DNA from: an uncultured Planctomycetota bacterium
Lineage (GTDB): Bacteria; Planctomycetota; Planctomycetia; Isosphaerales; Isosphaeraceae
DNA: 64,000 nt
Assembly: GCA_963845755.1 (NCBI GenBank)
Contig: CAWJTV010000039.1
Location: 160,001 to 224,000 of the forward strand
Direction of reading: 5' to 3'
Shown here: positions 10,639-22,334 of the stretch, in pieces
Layout of the letters: every line of letters begins with the position of its first letter
Position numbering within the stretch: the stretch's first letter is position 1
Position numbers and translations under genes: made by a program
Notes under the pieces: generated by a model
What the model was told of the DNA's origin: nothing
What the model saw: the letters and a program-made list of their open reading frames with translations, nothing else
Databases searched by the model: none

Positions 10639-13600
10639 TCACGGCTGGGGTGGAGAAGGGGTTGAGGCTCCGGCCACATCCTCGGAGTCCGTCCCGAGCG
10701 ATTTCGCCTTTGCCATCCGTCGCGAAAACCGGGGATCCCGCCGGAGCACGGCCAGGTCGGGATCTTCATCGGCCCTCGGCCCGGAGCCGAGGGACCAGGC
10801 CCGTTCCAGGAGATCGAACGCCTGGTCGAGGGCACGAGGAGACGGGGCGGCTTCCGCCGCCCGGGCCGCGACGCACGCGGCCGCATAGAGCGTCTCGCCG
10901 GACCCGGGCTCGCGGTCCAGGCACCAGTTGATATCCCGGGTGGCACGGTCCCAATGGCCCTGTCGGGACAAGACCACCGCCCGATAGCGCCGGGCCTCGA
11001 TGAAACCCGGGTTCGCCGCCAGGGCCTGGTCGAAGGATCGACTGGCCGAGGCCAGTTCCCCGCGATTCATGGCCAGCATCGCGCGGCCATAGTGGGCCTG
11101 GGGCTGTTGAGGATCCTTGCGGAGCACTTCGTCGAAGGCGGCCTGCGCCCGCTCGGGCAGGCGAGCGGACACGGCGAAGCCGTAAGTCCAGTTGATGCGG
11201 ATGCGCCGGGTCGGATTCCGGCACCATCGCGAACGCCTGGCGGAACGCCGCGTCGGCCTCGGCGTGTCGCCCCACCCCCTCCAGGGCGAGGCCCCGGCCG
11301 GCGACGATCGCGGCGTCAGCCGGCCCGTCGAGGGCGAGGGCCCGGTCGAAATCGATCAGCGCCGGCCCATACTGCCGGAGCTCCACCCGGGCGAGGGCGC
11401 GATTCGCCAGGGCGGCCACGAACCCGGGGTCGCATTTCAGGGCAGCCGTGTAGTCGTTGATGGCGTCGCCCTTCATCCCCATGCGGTCCAGGACGGCGCC
11501 CCGATTGAAATGACCCCAGGGGTGCTCCGGCCACAGGCCAGTGCAGGTGCCGAAATCGCCGAGTGCCTGGGCATACTCGCCCAGTTCCAGGTGGCAGATC
11601 CCTCTCTGGAGGGCGGACCAGTAATGCCGCGGTTGGAGGTTCAGGGCCTCGTCCAGCTCAGCGATGGCCCTGCGGTATCCGTCGCCGCCTCCCCGCCGTG
11701 CGTAGGAGATCGCCAGGAGATAATGGTCCTGGGCGCTCGTGGCCGGGATCGTGTCGGCCCGGTCCCGGGCGGCCCTGGCTGGCTCGGTCTTGCCGAGCTG
11801 GCTCCAGTAACTGGCGCGGTCGACCCAGAGCGCCTTGGAGGGTTCCAGGCCGTGGATCGCCTCGGCCTCGTCGAGCAGTGCGAGCGAGCGGACCAGCGTT
11901 GGCCGATCGCCCGGGGCCAGGCGGACGCGGGCCCCCGCCAGGAGCAGGAGCAACTCGCGATGGTCCTCGGCGACCTGTCGGCGATCCTCCGGCGCCAGCC
12001 GCCCCCAGTCCGGATGCGCCTCGTCGAGCCGGCCGTCCGGGGACCGGTACAGGGCCAGCGTCTGCTCGCAGACGGCGATCCCCTGATGCAGGTGATTGCG
12101 ATGTCCCAGGATCGTGTTGACCAGGCATAAGGCGCGGATCGTGCCGGCGTCGTGGGCGCGCTTCCGTCCCTCGGCCTGGGCCTGCCCCAGTCGCGTGCTG
12201 GCCTCGGCCAGGTGCGATTGGGCGCCGATCAGCGCCACGCCGGCGACCAGGAGGGCCGCCAGCGCCGCCCCGAAGACGGAACCCGATGTCATCAGCCGCG
12301 GATGGCGACGGAAGAACTTTCGAATCCGATCCACCCGGCTCAATTCCGGGGCATATCTCAGCGGGCGGTCGTCCAGGAAGCGGCGCAGGTCGTCGGCCAG
12401 ATGGTCGCCCTGCTGATAGCGCCGCGCGGGATCGGGGTCGAGGCATTTACGGACGATGCTCTCCAGGCTCCAGGGGACATCCCGCCGGACCTGCCGCAAG
12501 GAGGGGGCTTTCTTGTTGCGCTCGACGGCCATCGTCTCGATCTGGGTGGTGAGGGCCGAATAGCTGGCACCCTGTTCGAACAGGCGCTCGCCGGTCACCA
12601 TCTCGGCCAGGACCAGGCCGAACGAGTACAGGTCCGACCGCCGATCGACGCTCCGGATCAGTTCCGAGGTGCGGTGCAGGAGGGCGGCGAGATGTTCGGG
12701 GGCCGCGTAGGCCACCGTCCCGCCGAGGATGGCGACGGTGTTGTCGGATGCCATCTCCTGGGCCACGTTGAAGTCCAGCAGGAATGGCTGCCCCTCGGCG
12801 CTGAGCAAGATGTTCGACGGCTTGATGTCCCGGTGGAGGATCCCCCGCTGATGGGCGTGATGGAGTCCCTCGGCCAGTTGGGCCGCGATCCACGCGACCG
12901 CCTTGTAGTAGCTTAGCCCGCGCAGGAAGGCCAGGAGGGCTTGCGCCTCCGGCGGCGGCTCCTGGGCGGACGGTCCGGACCGATCGACGCTCCCCGGCTG
13001 TTGGCTCACCGCCGTCGGCAACATCGGGGAGCCGATCGACTCGAGGGCCTCGACCAGTTGCGCGCCGTGGATCGGCGGCACCTGCCCATCCCAGAGCCGT
13101 TCCAGGACGCTGGAGAGGGTCGCGCCGCCGAAATAGGGCATGCAGACCGCCCGGAGGCCGGCTTCCTGATCCTCGTGGACCGAGAAGATCGGTACGATGT
13201 TGGTGTGCTGCAACCGGGCCAGGGTCTGGTGCTCGGTCCCTTCGGTGGCGGAGATCTTCAGGACCACGGGGCGACAGGCCAGGTCGCACTGCTCGGCGAG
13301 GTACACGCTGGCGAAGGCGCCGCGGCCCAGTTGATGGCGGAGGCGGAAGCCGAAGAGTTCCTCCCCCTCGGCGACGAGCCGCATCAGTCGTTCCTGGGTC
13401 CGTCTCCTCGCGCCCATCGTGCGGATGAGGTCCTGGTGCCGCACCAGGGTGCCCAGCATGCGGGCGTCCTCGGGTACGCGGTCCTGGCCGTCGTCCGGGC
13501 GAGGCGCCTGCCCCGGCTTCCGACGCAGGAAGACCTCCGCGACGAGCTGGCTGGCGACCCCCGTGTCGGTCGCGGGGTCGACCGGCCTGGGCTCGAGGTC

Positions 13601-13696
13601 ATGTTCTGGCGGAGGCGTGGCCTCCGCGGCGTCGGGCTCGGAGGACCGCATCCTCCAGGTCTGCGTGTGATCCGCCCGTGCCGATCGTTCGCTCAT
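10639..13696 (-). CDS. Membrane Ser/Thr protein kinase with TPR repeats; frameshift near 11200
   Basis: LGRGAFASVY, VVLK, HRDIKPSN, DFN, GGTVAYAAPE; hydrophobic segment then TPRs; ATG overlaps upstream stop. Confidence 0.9.
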
Positions 13697-16600
13697 GCCT
13701 CGACCCTCCTCATCGCCGCGGGCCGGTGCCGTCGCAGGATCATGCCCGGCCTGGCACAACTCCGCCTCTCCACGCGGCGTCCATCCCGGTGGACGAGCCC
13801 GCGACATCGCGCGTATACCGCCAGGGCGACACCGGTGAATGCGAGGATCAAGCCCCGGGTCCGCTCCCCATCGGACTCGCTCGGCGGCTCGGATTGGGCG
13901 TCGCTCGGCTTCGCGTCACTCGGGGGCGTGCTCGACTGCGCCTCGCCTCGGGGTTCAGGGATCGGGAACGGCTGTCCTTCGACCTCCCCGATCCCGGCGG
14001 CGAGCCGCCATCGAGAGCTCCCCGATCCCGGCGGCGAGCGCCATCGAGCGCTTCCCCAGGCGAGCCAACAGCACTCCACAATCCGGAACCGCGATCGTCG
14101 GGTACTTGACCGGCCCGGGTTCGCTGGGAGTCGCAGCGACCTCCTGGCCCGGTTCGAGCCAGCTCAACGAGGTGCTCACGACGATCAGTCCGGCCATCGC
14201 GGCAGACTGCGAGGCGGACGTGTTCGACAGGGCGAGTTGAGCCGTGGCCGTCGAGGCGAAGCTCGGGGCGACCACGCCGCCCATCGGGCTGGCGGCCAGG
14301 GCGACCACGTCCGTGGAGGTCACGCCGTAGGTAAGCGGGTCACCCTGGAGCTGGGGCGGGATCGCGATCGCGAGAACGGCCGAACTCGGCGCGATCGTCG
14401 AGGGATCGGTGCCGGTGGACGGGGGATCGACGGGGGACGGGCCCGTCACCGGCGGCGGAATCACCGGCGGCGGAATCACCGGCGGCGGCGGGGTCGGAGA
14501 CGTGGGAGGCGCGACGCTACTGAGCTGGATCGCGACCGCGGGTGCCGAGCCCGAGACCAAGGGCGGCGCGTTGTCGTTCTCCGAGCTGAAGGTCAGGCTG
14601 ACCTGGTAGGAGATGTTGGCCGCCTGCTGCTGGTTCCAACCGGATACCGTGAGTTGATAGGTCCCGGGGGCGAGATCGCCATACATCAGCGTCCCGCCGA
14701 ACGAGTTCATCACCACGCTCTGCCCCGAAGCATCGGTCAACGACAAAGCGGCCACCGCGGGCAGGTTATCGCCCGAAAGCGTGAACGTGTAATTCTCGCT
14801 CATGAGGACCTGGAACTGGTACGCGTCCTGCGTATCCAGAGGTGCCTGGCTGGGGTCCTGGCTGAAATCGCGCGTGATGGTGACCCCGGCCGCGAGCTCG
14901 TTCGGGAAGAGGACACCAAGGTCCTGGGGCTGGCCGTTGTCGTCGTTGAACGGCTGGGCGCTCCACTCCAGGGGGTTCCCGTCGGTCCCGCGCGGGGGCG
15001 CGTTGACGGTGAACGGGACCACGTAGTCGCCGCTCGGGTCGTTGCCGACGAGCGGATTCCCGCCCAGGTCGGTCAGCCCGGCGGCTCCGGAGAGGTGGAG
15101 CTGGTAATCGCCGTTGGGCAACGCGTCGAGCATGACGAACGTGGCCTGATTGGTCGCGGAGTCGTAGGACTCGAAGCGCGGGAGGTACTTGGTCCCGTCG
15201 GCCGCCTCGACGTAGATTCCCGAGATGTTGTCCTGGGAGGTCACCTGGTATGTCTCGTAGGCCAGTTGCGCGATGTTCATCGGCTCGTCGAACGTGACGG
15301 TCAGTTGCGACGGGGGCTGGGTGAGGGTCGCCCCGGGGCTCGGGGTGGTCGTGACGACATGGGGGGGATTGGGGGCCGGTTGGACAAGCAGATTCAGGAC
15401 GTAAGGGCCCGTGCTCGAACCGAGCGAACCGCTGTGCGAGACGGTGGGGTCGAACAGGCCGGGGGTCCCGGGAGGGAGGCCCTCCAGGGGCGAAGGTGTG
15501 TTCGAGCCGCTGGCGACGGCGACGTAATAATCGCCCGCCGTCAGGCTCGCGAACAGGGCGGAGTCGGTGTACAGCGGCGTCGAGAACCCGTCGGTCGTCG
15601 TCGCGGGATCGTAGGTATTGTTATCGCCCGCGACGAACTGGAGGCTGTTATCAACGGGATCGAGTTTGAACAGGCTGACTCCGGGATCCAGCGGCGAGCC
15701 GATGCGACCGGCGAAGACCTCCGCCACCATCGCGTAATTCCCGGTCCCGGTAATGGTGAAATGATACATGTCCACCTGGTTGCCGGGGTTGCTGGGATCG
15801 TAGGGCCAGTTGAAACTTGACGGATCGGGGAAATTGGCGGGGTTGTAGAACGGGTCGTCGCCGATCGTGCCGGCGACCTGCACCAGTCGGCCCGAGGTCA
15901 GGTTGCCCAGGTCCTGGGCGGTGGCCGCGGTGTCGTCGACCGGGGCGTCGGCGCCGGTGCGGCCCTCGATCCCGTCGACCTGGAACGGGATCGTGATGTC
16001 CTGGCCCTGGGGATGGGCGGCATCGGCCCCGAGGTCGTTCCCCGAGGGGTCGGCAAGTGCCGGCGAGCCGTTCGACGCTCTGGCCGGTGAGGAGCACCTC
16101 GTAATAGCCGGGGGCCAGGGGGCTGGCCGGGAAGAGTTGCAGCTCGTTGACGCCCTCGTAGTGCAGGATGACTCCGGAAGAATCGCCGCCCCACGGGGGC
16201 AAATCCTCGACCGCCGAGGGGAAGTTGACCGACCCCAGGGAGACCTGCTGACCGTCCTGGTCGAAGGCTCCATCAGGGCTGTAGACCAACTGCACCGTCT
16301 GGCCGTTGAGTACGGTCCAGGGATCGAGTGGACCGCTCATTTCGATCCGGATCGCCAGCGGCGATGCGCTCAGGATGGCGCCGGGTGCCGGATCGCTGGT
16401 CAACACCTGCGGGCCGGTGGCCGGCGCGAGCCCGGCATCGGAGACGAGGAGGCTGAGGACGAAATCGCCAGTGCTCCCCGGGAGGCCGCTGCCGGCCAGG
16501 AGTGGGTTGAAATGAAGGTTGCCGTCGCCGCTGACGGCCAGATAGTACGTCCCGATGCCCAGCAGTTCATTGAACGAGGCGACGCCGCCATCGGTCTTGC

Positions 16601-17270
16601 CATCGACCTGCGCCAGCAGGCGATGGCCGTCCGGGTCGTAGGGGTCCCCGAAATCGTAGGGGTCGTTGTTGAACAGGCTGATGACCCCGTTGAACGACGA
16701 GGACGGCTGCTGTCGCATGAGCTCGAAGTTGACGCGGGCGGGGCCATCGAGCGTGAAACTGTACCATTCCACGTCGACGGCGCCCTGGGGACCGTTGCCG
16801 ATGGAGCCGTACTCCTGAAGCCCCGTGCCGGTGCTGAGATGCCCCAGGTCGATGGCCTGGTCCAGGGTCTCGTTGGGCAGTTCGGCCGGTCCGATGAGGG
16901 GGCTTGTTCCGAGGGGCGCCGCCATCAGGCTCCTCGACTCGAGCCGCTCGAATCGCAGCCGCGCGGCGTTCCGGCGCGATGGCCACGGCCTCGATGAGAG
17001 TCGAAATCCTCGCAGACCGCCCGGTTTTGACACTCCTCGCTCAACACCACCGCCGGTTGCCTCCTCGTTCCCACGCTCCGCGTGGGAATGCCGTCTGGGA
17101 CGCTCCGCGTCCTCTTCCCGGACGGAGACCAACGACGCGACGCGGAGCGTCGAACCCGGCATTCCCACGCTCCGCGTGGGAACGAGAGTGGGCCGCCTTC
17201 TTCCCGTGGTGGTGTTCGGCGAGGAGTGTCCCGGTTTTCGCTCGATTGCAACCACCGGTGATGGCCTCAT
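13693..17270 (-). CDS. Large surface protein with LExRxLL-type motif, PPC/Ig-like domains and C-terminal membrane anchor; frameshifts near 16070 and 14000-14080
   Basis: RLRFERLESRSLMA; DVEWYSFTL and VDMYHFTIT PPC-like repeats; Pro-rich linker; GLILAFTGVALAVY plus basic tail; alternative GTG start 17033. Confidence 0.75.
17064..17186. repeat. REP-like palindromic element CTCGTTCCCACGCTCCGCGTGGGAA...
   Basis: 123-bp element with terminal inverted repeats; partial copy near 62203. Confidence 0.85.
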
Positions 17271-17415
17271 AATCGGCTGCCTTTAACTCGGATTCCTGGC
17301 GAGAAGACCGGGAGAATTCGGTGCGATCGGGGCATCGCGTTGGGGTCGGATCGGGATGTTAATCCGCGGCCTCGCGACCGGGGACCACCCCGAGCGGTCC
17401 CCGTCCGTCGCCGCT

Positions 17416-19512
17416 TTAGACCTGGATCGTGATCGGGTCGACCGCGATGCTGAAGACGCCGGCCTGGTTGACGGCCTCGAAGGAGAGCCGATGGCGACCC
17501 GGCGTGAGTGCGGGGCTGCTGAACGACCAATTCCCCGCGGAATTGACCGAGGCGATCCCGATGATCAGGCCGTCCTCGATCACCACCACCTGGGAGTTCG
17601 CCGTCGCGGTCCCGCTCAAGCTGGGCGTGGCGACGGTATTGAAGGACCCATCGGGGTTGGTGCTGAGGATGCTGGCGGCCGTGAGGCTCGCGCTCGAGAC
17701 GGTCGCGGCCGGCGCCGACCAGGGCGGCGGGAGCAGGCTCACGGAGTAAGTCGCCGAGGGGCCGCTCACGCTGCCGGCGACGTCGGTCGCCTGGGCCGTG
17801 ATGGCGTAGGTGCCGCCGATGCCGAGGCTGGCCAGGGGGGTAGAGAAGTTCCAATCCCCATCCGCATTGGTCGTGGTGCTGCCGATCGCCGTCGATCCCC
17901 AGTAGAACGTGACCTGACTATAGGGTTGTGCGGTGCCGAACGCGAACGGATTGGCCGAGGTGGTGGTGATCGTGGTGCCCGTCATCGTGCCGGGGCTGAT
18001 GCCCGTGACAATCGGCGCCGGCGTCGGCGCGGTGTCGATCATCACCGCATAGGGAAGCGAGAAGGGGCTGACATTGCCGTACGGGTCGGTCGCCGTGGCG
18101 GTGATGGCGTAGGTGCCGTCGGGGAGGGCCGTCCCCGTGTTGTTGAACGTCCAGGTGTTGCTGCTGTTGGCCGTCGTCGTGCCGATGGGGGACCCGTTGT
18201 CGTACACCGTGACGGTCTCGCCGCTGAGCGCGGTGCCCGAGATGGAGATCCGGTTGACGTCGGTGATGCCGTCGCTGTTGCTGAGGCCATTGTCGGGGCC
18301 GATGCCCGTGATGGCCGGCGTCGAGCCGGACAGGCCGAATCCGTACTGCGCCTGCCCGCCCCCCGCGTGCAGCGGGGTGCCGTTCGGATAGGCGATGATC
18401 GGCGAGGCCTCCGTGGGCGGGGTCGTGCCGTTGAAGCTCAGGCCCAGGGCATAATCGCCCGTGCTGAAGACGGACGTGTCGGCGCCCTGCACCTCGATGT
18501 AGTATCGCTGGCCGGCGACGGCATTGGGGAGGGTCACGTTGAGCGTCGTGCCGTACTGGCCGAGGCCATTGGCCGAGCCGACGATCGTCTGCATGTCGGA
18601 GGCGTAGACCGTTACCTTCGGCGACAGCAGGCTCAGGCCCTGGCTCTGCACCGAGACCTCCATCGGGCCGGACATCCCCGCCGGCGTGTCCACGCTGAAG
18701 AATTCCGGCTGGCCGAGGTTGGCGATGTCGAGGTTGTAGGCCAGGGCGGTGAGTGTGCTCGGGTTGATCAGGCTGTCCAGGTTGGCCGCCGTGAGGACAG
18801 TGGCGTTGAGGCCGGCGTAGGCGTCCGGAGCCCGCGCCCCGCCGTAGAGGCTATCGATGCCGACGATGTCGTCGGCCGCCAGGCCCTTCTTGATGCCGTT
18901 GTAGACCGGATACATGGCGTTGCTGGCGGAGGTGCTGCTCTCGCCCAGGCCCAGCGCGTGGCCGAACTCGTGCATCGCCACGGTGGCCAGGTCGTACGTC
19001 TGACCGATGTTCCAGGCCGCGCCGGTGTTGAACTCCATGTCGCCGGCGATCGAGAAGTTGTTGATCGACGGCGGCAGGTTGGTCCAGGCCAGGGTCGAGC
19101 TCTCGAAGTTATAGCCGCCGATGCGGATGTCGCCCATGCCGGGGTCGCCCTCCTGGTAGTTGCCGCCGCCCTCCGGCGCCCCGTCGTCCGGGACGACGAC
19201 GAGGTTGATGTTGGTCTGCTTGGCCCAGACCTGCGCGGCCTGGAGGATCTGATTCTCCCAGCGTCCGGCCAGATAGGGGTTCTTGTTGAAGGTCGAGAAC
19301 AGGTTGCTGGTCGTGCCGTTGCCAAGGCTGGTCCCATCCGGCATGAAGCTGATCGTGACGACCTGGGGGTTTATCCAGGCACCGCCGGTGGCCGAGTAGA
19401 GCACGACTCGGGACTCGAGCTGCTCGAGTCCAGGCCGGCTTCTCCGAGACTGAGGGCGCTGGGCCGAGCGAGCCGCCATCCGCTTTTCGAACCAACGTTG
19501 AAGCGATTTCAC
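17416..19512 (-). CDS. Matrixin (M10)-like metalloprotease with C-terminal Ig-like repeats
   Basis: LEQLESRVVLY; GDIRIGG; DLATVAMHEFGHALGLGES...AMYP Met-turn; ATATDPYGNVS and AQATDVAGSVS Ig repeats. Confidence 0.85.
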   Translation of the reverse strand: MKSLQRWFEKRMAARSAQRPQSRRSRPGLEQLESRVVLYSATGGAWINPQVVTISFMPDGTSLGNGTTSNLFSTFNKNPYLAGRWENQILQAAQVWAKQTNINLVVVPDDGAPEGGGNYQEGDPGMGDIRIGGYNFESSTLAWTNLPPSINNFSIAGDMEFNTGAAWNIGQTYDLATVAMHEFGHALGLGESSTSASNAMYPVYNGIKKGLAADDIVGIDSLYGGARAPDAYAGLNATVLTAANLDSLINPSTLTALAYNLDIANLGQPEFFSVDTPAGMSGPMEVSVQSQGLSLLSPKVTVYASDMQTIVGSANGLGQYGTTLNVTLPNAVAGQRYYIEVQGADTSVFSTGDYALGLSFNGTTPPTEASPIIAYPNGTPLHAGGGQAQYGFGLSGSTPAITGIGPDNGLSNSDGITDVNRISISGTALSGETVTVYDNGSPIGTTTANSSNTWTFNNTGTALPDGTYAITATATDPYGNVSPFSLPYAVMIDTAPTPAPIVTGISPGTMTGTTITTTSANPFAFGTAQPYSQVTFYWGSTAIGSTTTNADGDWNFSTPLASLGIGGTYAITAQATDVAGSVSGPSATYSVSLLPPPWSAPAATVSSASLTAASILSTNPDGSFNTVATPSLSGTATANSQVVVIEDGLIIGIASVNSAGNWSFSSPALTPGRHRLSFEAVNQAGVFSIAVDPITIQV

Positions 19513-19842
19513 GACATCCCCCGATGTGATGGTGGATTCGGGCTGAGGACTTGACCGAGCTCGCAAGCGGCGACCGGGAACCATTCCTTGGCCGGGCCGA
19601 TGACAGACATCGGCGGGCGGAGGACTGCCGTCCGGCCGAGTGCGAGGCGTCCCCGTGATGGAGAACGACCGGCGTGTGATCCCCGGACCGGACTACGTCC
19701 ACACACGCGACGATCGTGATTCAGGGAGGAGACGACGGGCTTCACCGGAACAGCCTTCTGGTCTCAGGTCACCGAGCCGAGGGGTGGACGACGAACCGTT
19801 CAACCGGATTCGTCCACGAAACGCCCTTGCTTGCTGCTCAGT

Positions 19843-19935
19843 CCTTCGGCAACCTGGCAAGCCGAGAGACGTTGAAAGGCTCTCGGCCCCATGGCTTTGC
19901 GTCCCCGCCTTACGACGGGTTTGCCCGTGCGAAAG
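19843..19935 (-). ncRNA. Cyclic di-GMP-I (GEMM-I) riboswitch
   Basis: Minus strand: CUUUCGCACG-GGCAAA-CCCGUC-GUAA-GGCGGG-GACGCAAAGCC...GCCGAGAG/CUCUCGGC...GCCAGGUUGCCGAAGG; all hallmark motifs and a GNRA loop. Confidence 0.9.
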
Positions 19936-21976
19936 ATGTGGAGATAAGGGTAATCCTCATCCTCACTCCAACCCTAGCCCCCCAACCGGGCGCCGTCCGG
20001 CTCCGTTGAGCGGACACACCGACGCGTCGCGGTAACGCAACACGACCTTGCGCGGATCCGCCTCGAAAGGCGGCCGGGCGGGCGAAGCGAGCCTCGTCGG
20101 AGACCCGGTTCATCGGCCCGGCTTCATGGGGATTCCTCCGCGCGCGCCAGACCTCAATGTGGCCGAATCGGGCTTCGAGGCGATAGTGCTTCCGGATGAC
20201 CTCGGTCAGGCGTGCGAGGTTGAGATGCGACGGGTATTTGTGCGAGTCGGGCGCCCAAACGACGATCGCATCGCTGGACCGCTCGAGCACGGCGGCAAAC
20301 TCGGGCTCCAGGTCGATATGGACCATCAACATCCAGCAGATTCCCGACTCGGCGAGGAAGGGAGACAGCCTCGCCGCCGGCCCGTTGATCGCGGGGAAGG
20401 GCGCCTCCTTCAAGACGTTGGCCACGGGCGTCGTGGGGCTGGTCGTCGCCCGGAGATGGATCAAGACGCGCCGGTAGTCGTCCCACGAGTACCAGCGGCC
20501 GTAGAGGAGCCCGAACCAGTTGGCGCTCCCCGGCGGGCTCCAGGTCGGCAGCATCTCGCCGCGCACCAGGGACCCGAGGGCACTGCGGGTTGCGTTGACG
20601 TCGCAGTAACGGGGGAGTCCCTGGCTCATCTCGGTGATCAGCGCGAGCAGGGCGATCAGACGCAGCATCGGGGCAATCTTCGCGCGGTCCGCGATCCAGG
20701 CCATGGGTGTCGCCAAGGCGACCGTGCTGACGAGCATCTGAGGAAGGAGCAGGTAATAATGCTGGACCGGATGAATCGAGCGATAAAGCAACGCCGCCGC
20801 CAGCGCCAGCGCCCAGGTCGCGGCCCGGCGGCGAGACGCGCCTCGAGTCGAGAACAGGACCAGGATCAGCAGCCCGCTCACGATCAGGGTCGGCGGCTCT
20901 TGGAACTGGACGGCGATGACTTGCGCGAAGGTCGCGGTATCAGCCCGGTGGTACGGACCTCCGTAGGCGGCGATCCTCAGCCCGCGCACCAGGTCATCGG
21001 CGATGCCGGCGATCACCAGGGGCGAAAAGGCGAGGGCGGTGAACGTCGCGAAGGCGAGGGTCCACTCCGCGAGGGATCGGATGAAACCCGCGCGAGGGCC
21101 GGTTCCCGCCGGCTCGGTGTCCGGTCGCGCGATCCCCTCGGCGATCGCCGCGAAGAAGGCCGGCAGGAATAGCAGCACGTGGGGACGGATCGTCAGGGCG
21201 ATGGCGGCCAGCAGGGCCGAGACGATCCGGCTCGTCCGGCCCGGCCACGCCTGGAGAATCAGGAGGCCCAGGACCACGCACAGGCTCGCGTGCCAGTCGC
21301 GCTCGGCGACCGTCTGATAGTCGAGGTTCAGATAGAAGGTCAAGAACGCCAGATAGGCCGCAACGCCGGCGAAGCGACCGCCCAGGCATCGCCGGCTCCA
21401 GGCGGCCAGCGTCACGCCCAGGAGCACCAGCGCGGCGGCGTCGACGGCGTAGAGCGCCCAGGTCTGGCCCCATCCGGCCACGCGTCCCAGGAGCCAGAAC
21501 AGATAAATGGCACCCGGGAAGTTGTAGCCGCGGATGTCGCGATAGGGCAGGATGCCGGCATCCCACGACTGGGCGATGGTGGCGAAGGTGTCGGAATCGC
21601 GAAACCACGGCCAGAACAGGTAATGTGGCACCCACGTCGCCAGCAACCCCACGCAGGCCGCGACGATGGCGATCGTCAGACCGCCGGCCATCGCGGTCGC
21701 CGCCAGGCGGTCCAGCCCATCCAGCCCCCAGCGCAGGGGATCGGCCGTCGGCCGGCCGGCCTCGCGACGACCGGCCAGCAGCCGGCCGACCGCGTAGATC
21801 GCCGCCAGCCCCAGGAGGTTCCGCGCGAGCCAACGTACGCGCAGCTCCTGCGGAAAGTACCACAGGATGTCCGTGGCCGTTATCCACAGGACGACCACGA
21901 CCGTCCCCGCCAGCGCCAGCCCCGCGAACACCAGGACCCGCCGAGTGGCCGCAAGGACCCCGTCCCGACCGGCCAT
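19910..21976 (-). CDS. Polytopic membrane protein, ArnT/PMT-like (GT-C) glycosyltransferase
   Basis: WFRDSDTFATIA...LPYRDIRGYNFPG, AERDW, many TM helices; 3' end may be over-extended. Confidence 0.65.
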   Translation of the reverse strand: MAGRDGVLAATRRVLVFAGLALAGTVVVVLWITATDILWYFPQELRVRWLARNLLGLAAIYAVGRLLAGRREAGRPTADPLRWGLDGLDRLAATAMAGGLTIAIVAACVGLLATWVPHYLFWPWFRDSDTFATIAQSWDAGILPYRDIRGYNFPGAIYLFWLLGRVAGWGQTWALYAVDAAALVLLGVTLAAWSRRCLGGRFAGVAAYLAFLTFYLNLDYQTVAERDWHASLCVVLGLLILQAWPGRTSRIVSALLAAIALTIRPHVLLFLPAFFAAIAEGIARPDTEPAGTGPRAGFIRSLAEWTLAFATFTALAFSPLVIAGIADDLVRGLRIAAYGGPYHRADTATFAQVIAVQFQEPPTLIVSGLLILVLFSTRGASRRRAATWALALAAALLYRSIHPVQHYYLLLPQMLVSTVALATPMAWIADRAKIAPMLRLIALLALITEMSQGLPRYCDVNATRSALGSLVRGEMLPTWSPPGSANWFGLLYGRWYSWDDYRRVLIHLRATTSPTTPVANVLKEAPFPAINGPAARLSPFLAESGICWMLMVHIDLEPEFAAVLERSSDAIVVWAPDSHKYPSHLNLARLTEVIRKHYRLEARFGHIEVWRARRNPHEAGPMNRVSDEARFARPAAFRGGSAQGRVALPRRVGVSAQRSRTAPGWGARVGVRMRITLISTSFARANPS

Positions 21977-22174
21977 GACTCCACTCCGAATCCGAGGATC
22001 GTCCGCCCTTCCACCCTTCGGCCATTCTCCCGAGGACGCAGCACACGCCCCGCGCCGGGTTTCCTGCGGGCGTTCCCAGTGTAGCATGGCTGCCCGGAAA
22101 ACGTCCGGCGTCGCCGGTCCATCCGGCGAGGTCATGGACTCGCTCGGGTCGATCCGACGATCCTCCTCAACATC

Positions 22175-22203
22175 TTGACAGCCGACCCGTGTCGCGCTAT
22201 ACT
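22175..22203 (+). promoter_or_regulatory. Near-consensus sigma70 promoter
   Basis: TTGACA-17nt-TATACT upstream of the Uma2 gene. Confidence 0.7.
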
Positions 22204-22334
22204 AAACCTTTGAACACTATCCCGAGTTTGCCCCTGACGCCTTGCCACATGCCCCGCCGGGTGGATGCCGGACCGAGACGAGAGACGCTGCCTCGAGGGA
22301 GATCCCGCCAATGATGTTTGTCGGAGTGAGATCC

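Noticed and set aside
12765..12780. DFN instead of DFG as a pseudokinase sign
   Set aside because: Asp, catalytic loop and Lys are intact, so activity is not excluded.
13986..14057. ~33-bp tandem duplication
   Set aside because: Lies in a low-complexity linker of the surface protein; no further structure.
12941..15820. Long plus-strand ORFs (also 17356..19554, 39028..41256) and minus ORF 53507..55399
   Set aside because: Antisense shadows of well-supported genes in high-GC DNA; no motifs.
19910..20110. Glycosyltransferase ORF overlapping the riboswitch as a functional overlap
   Set aside because: The tail looks like read-through after an indel.
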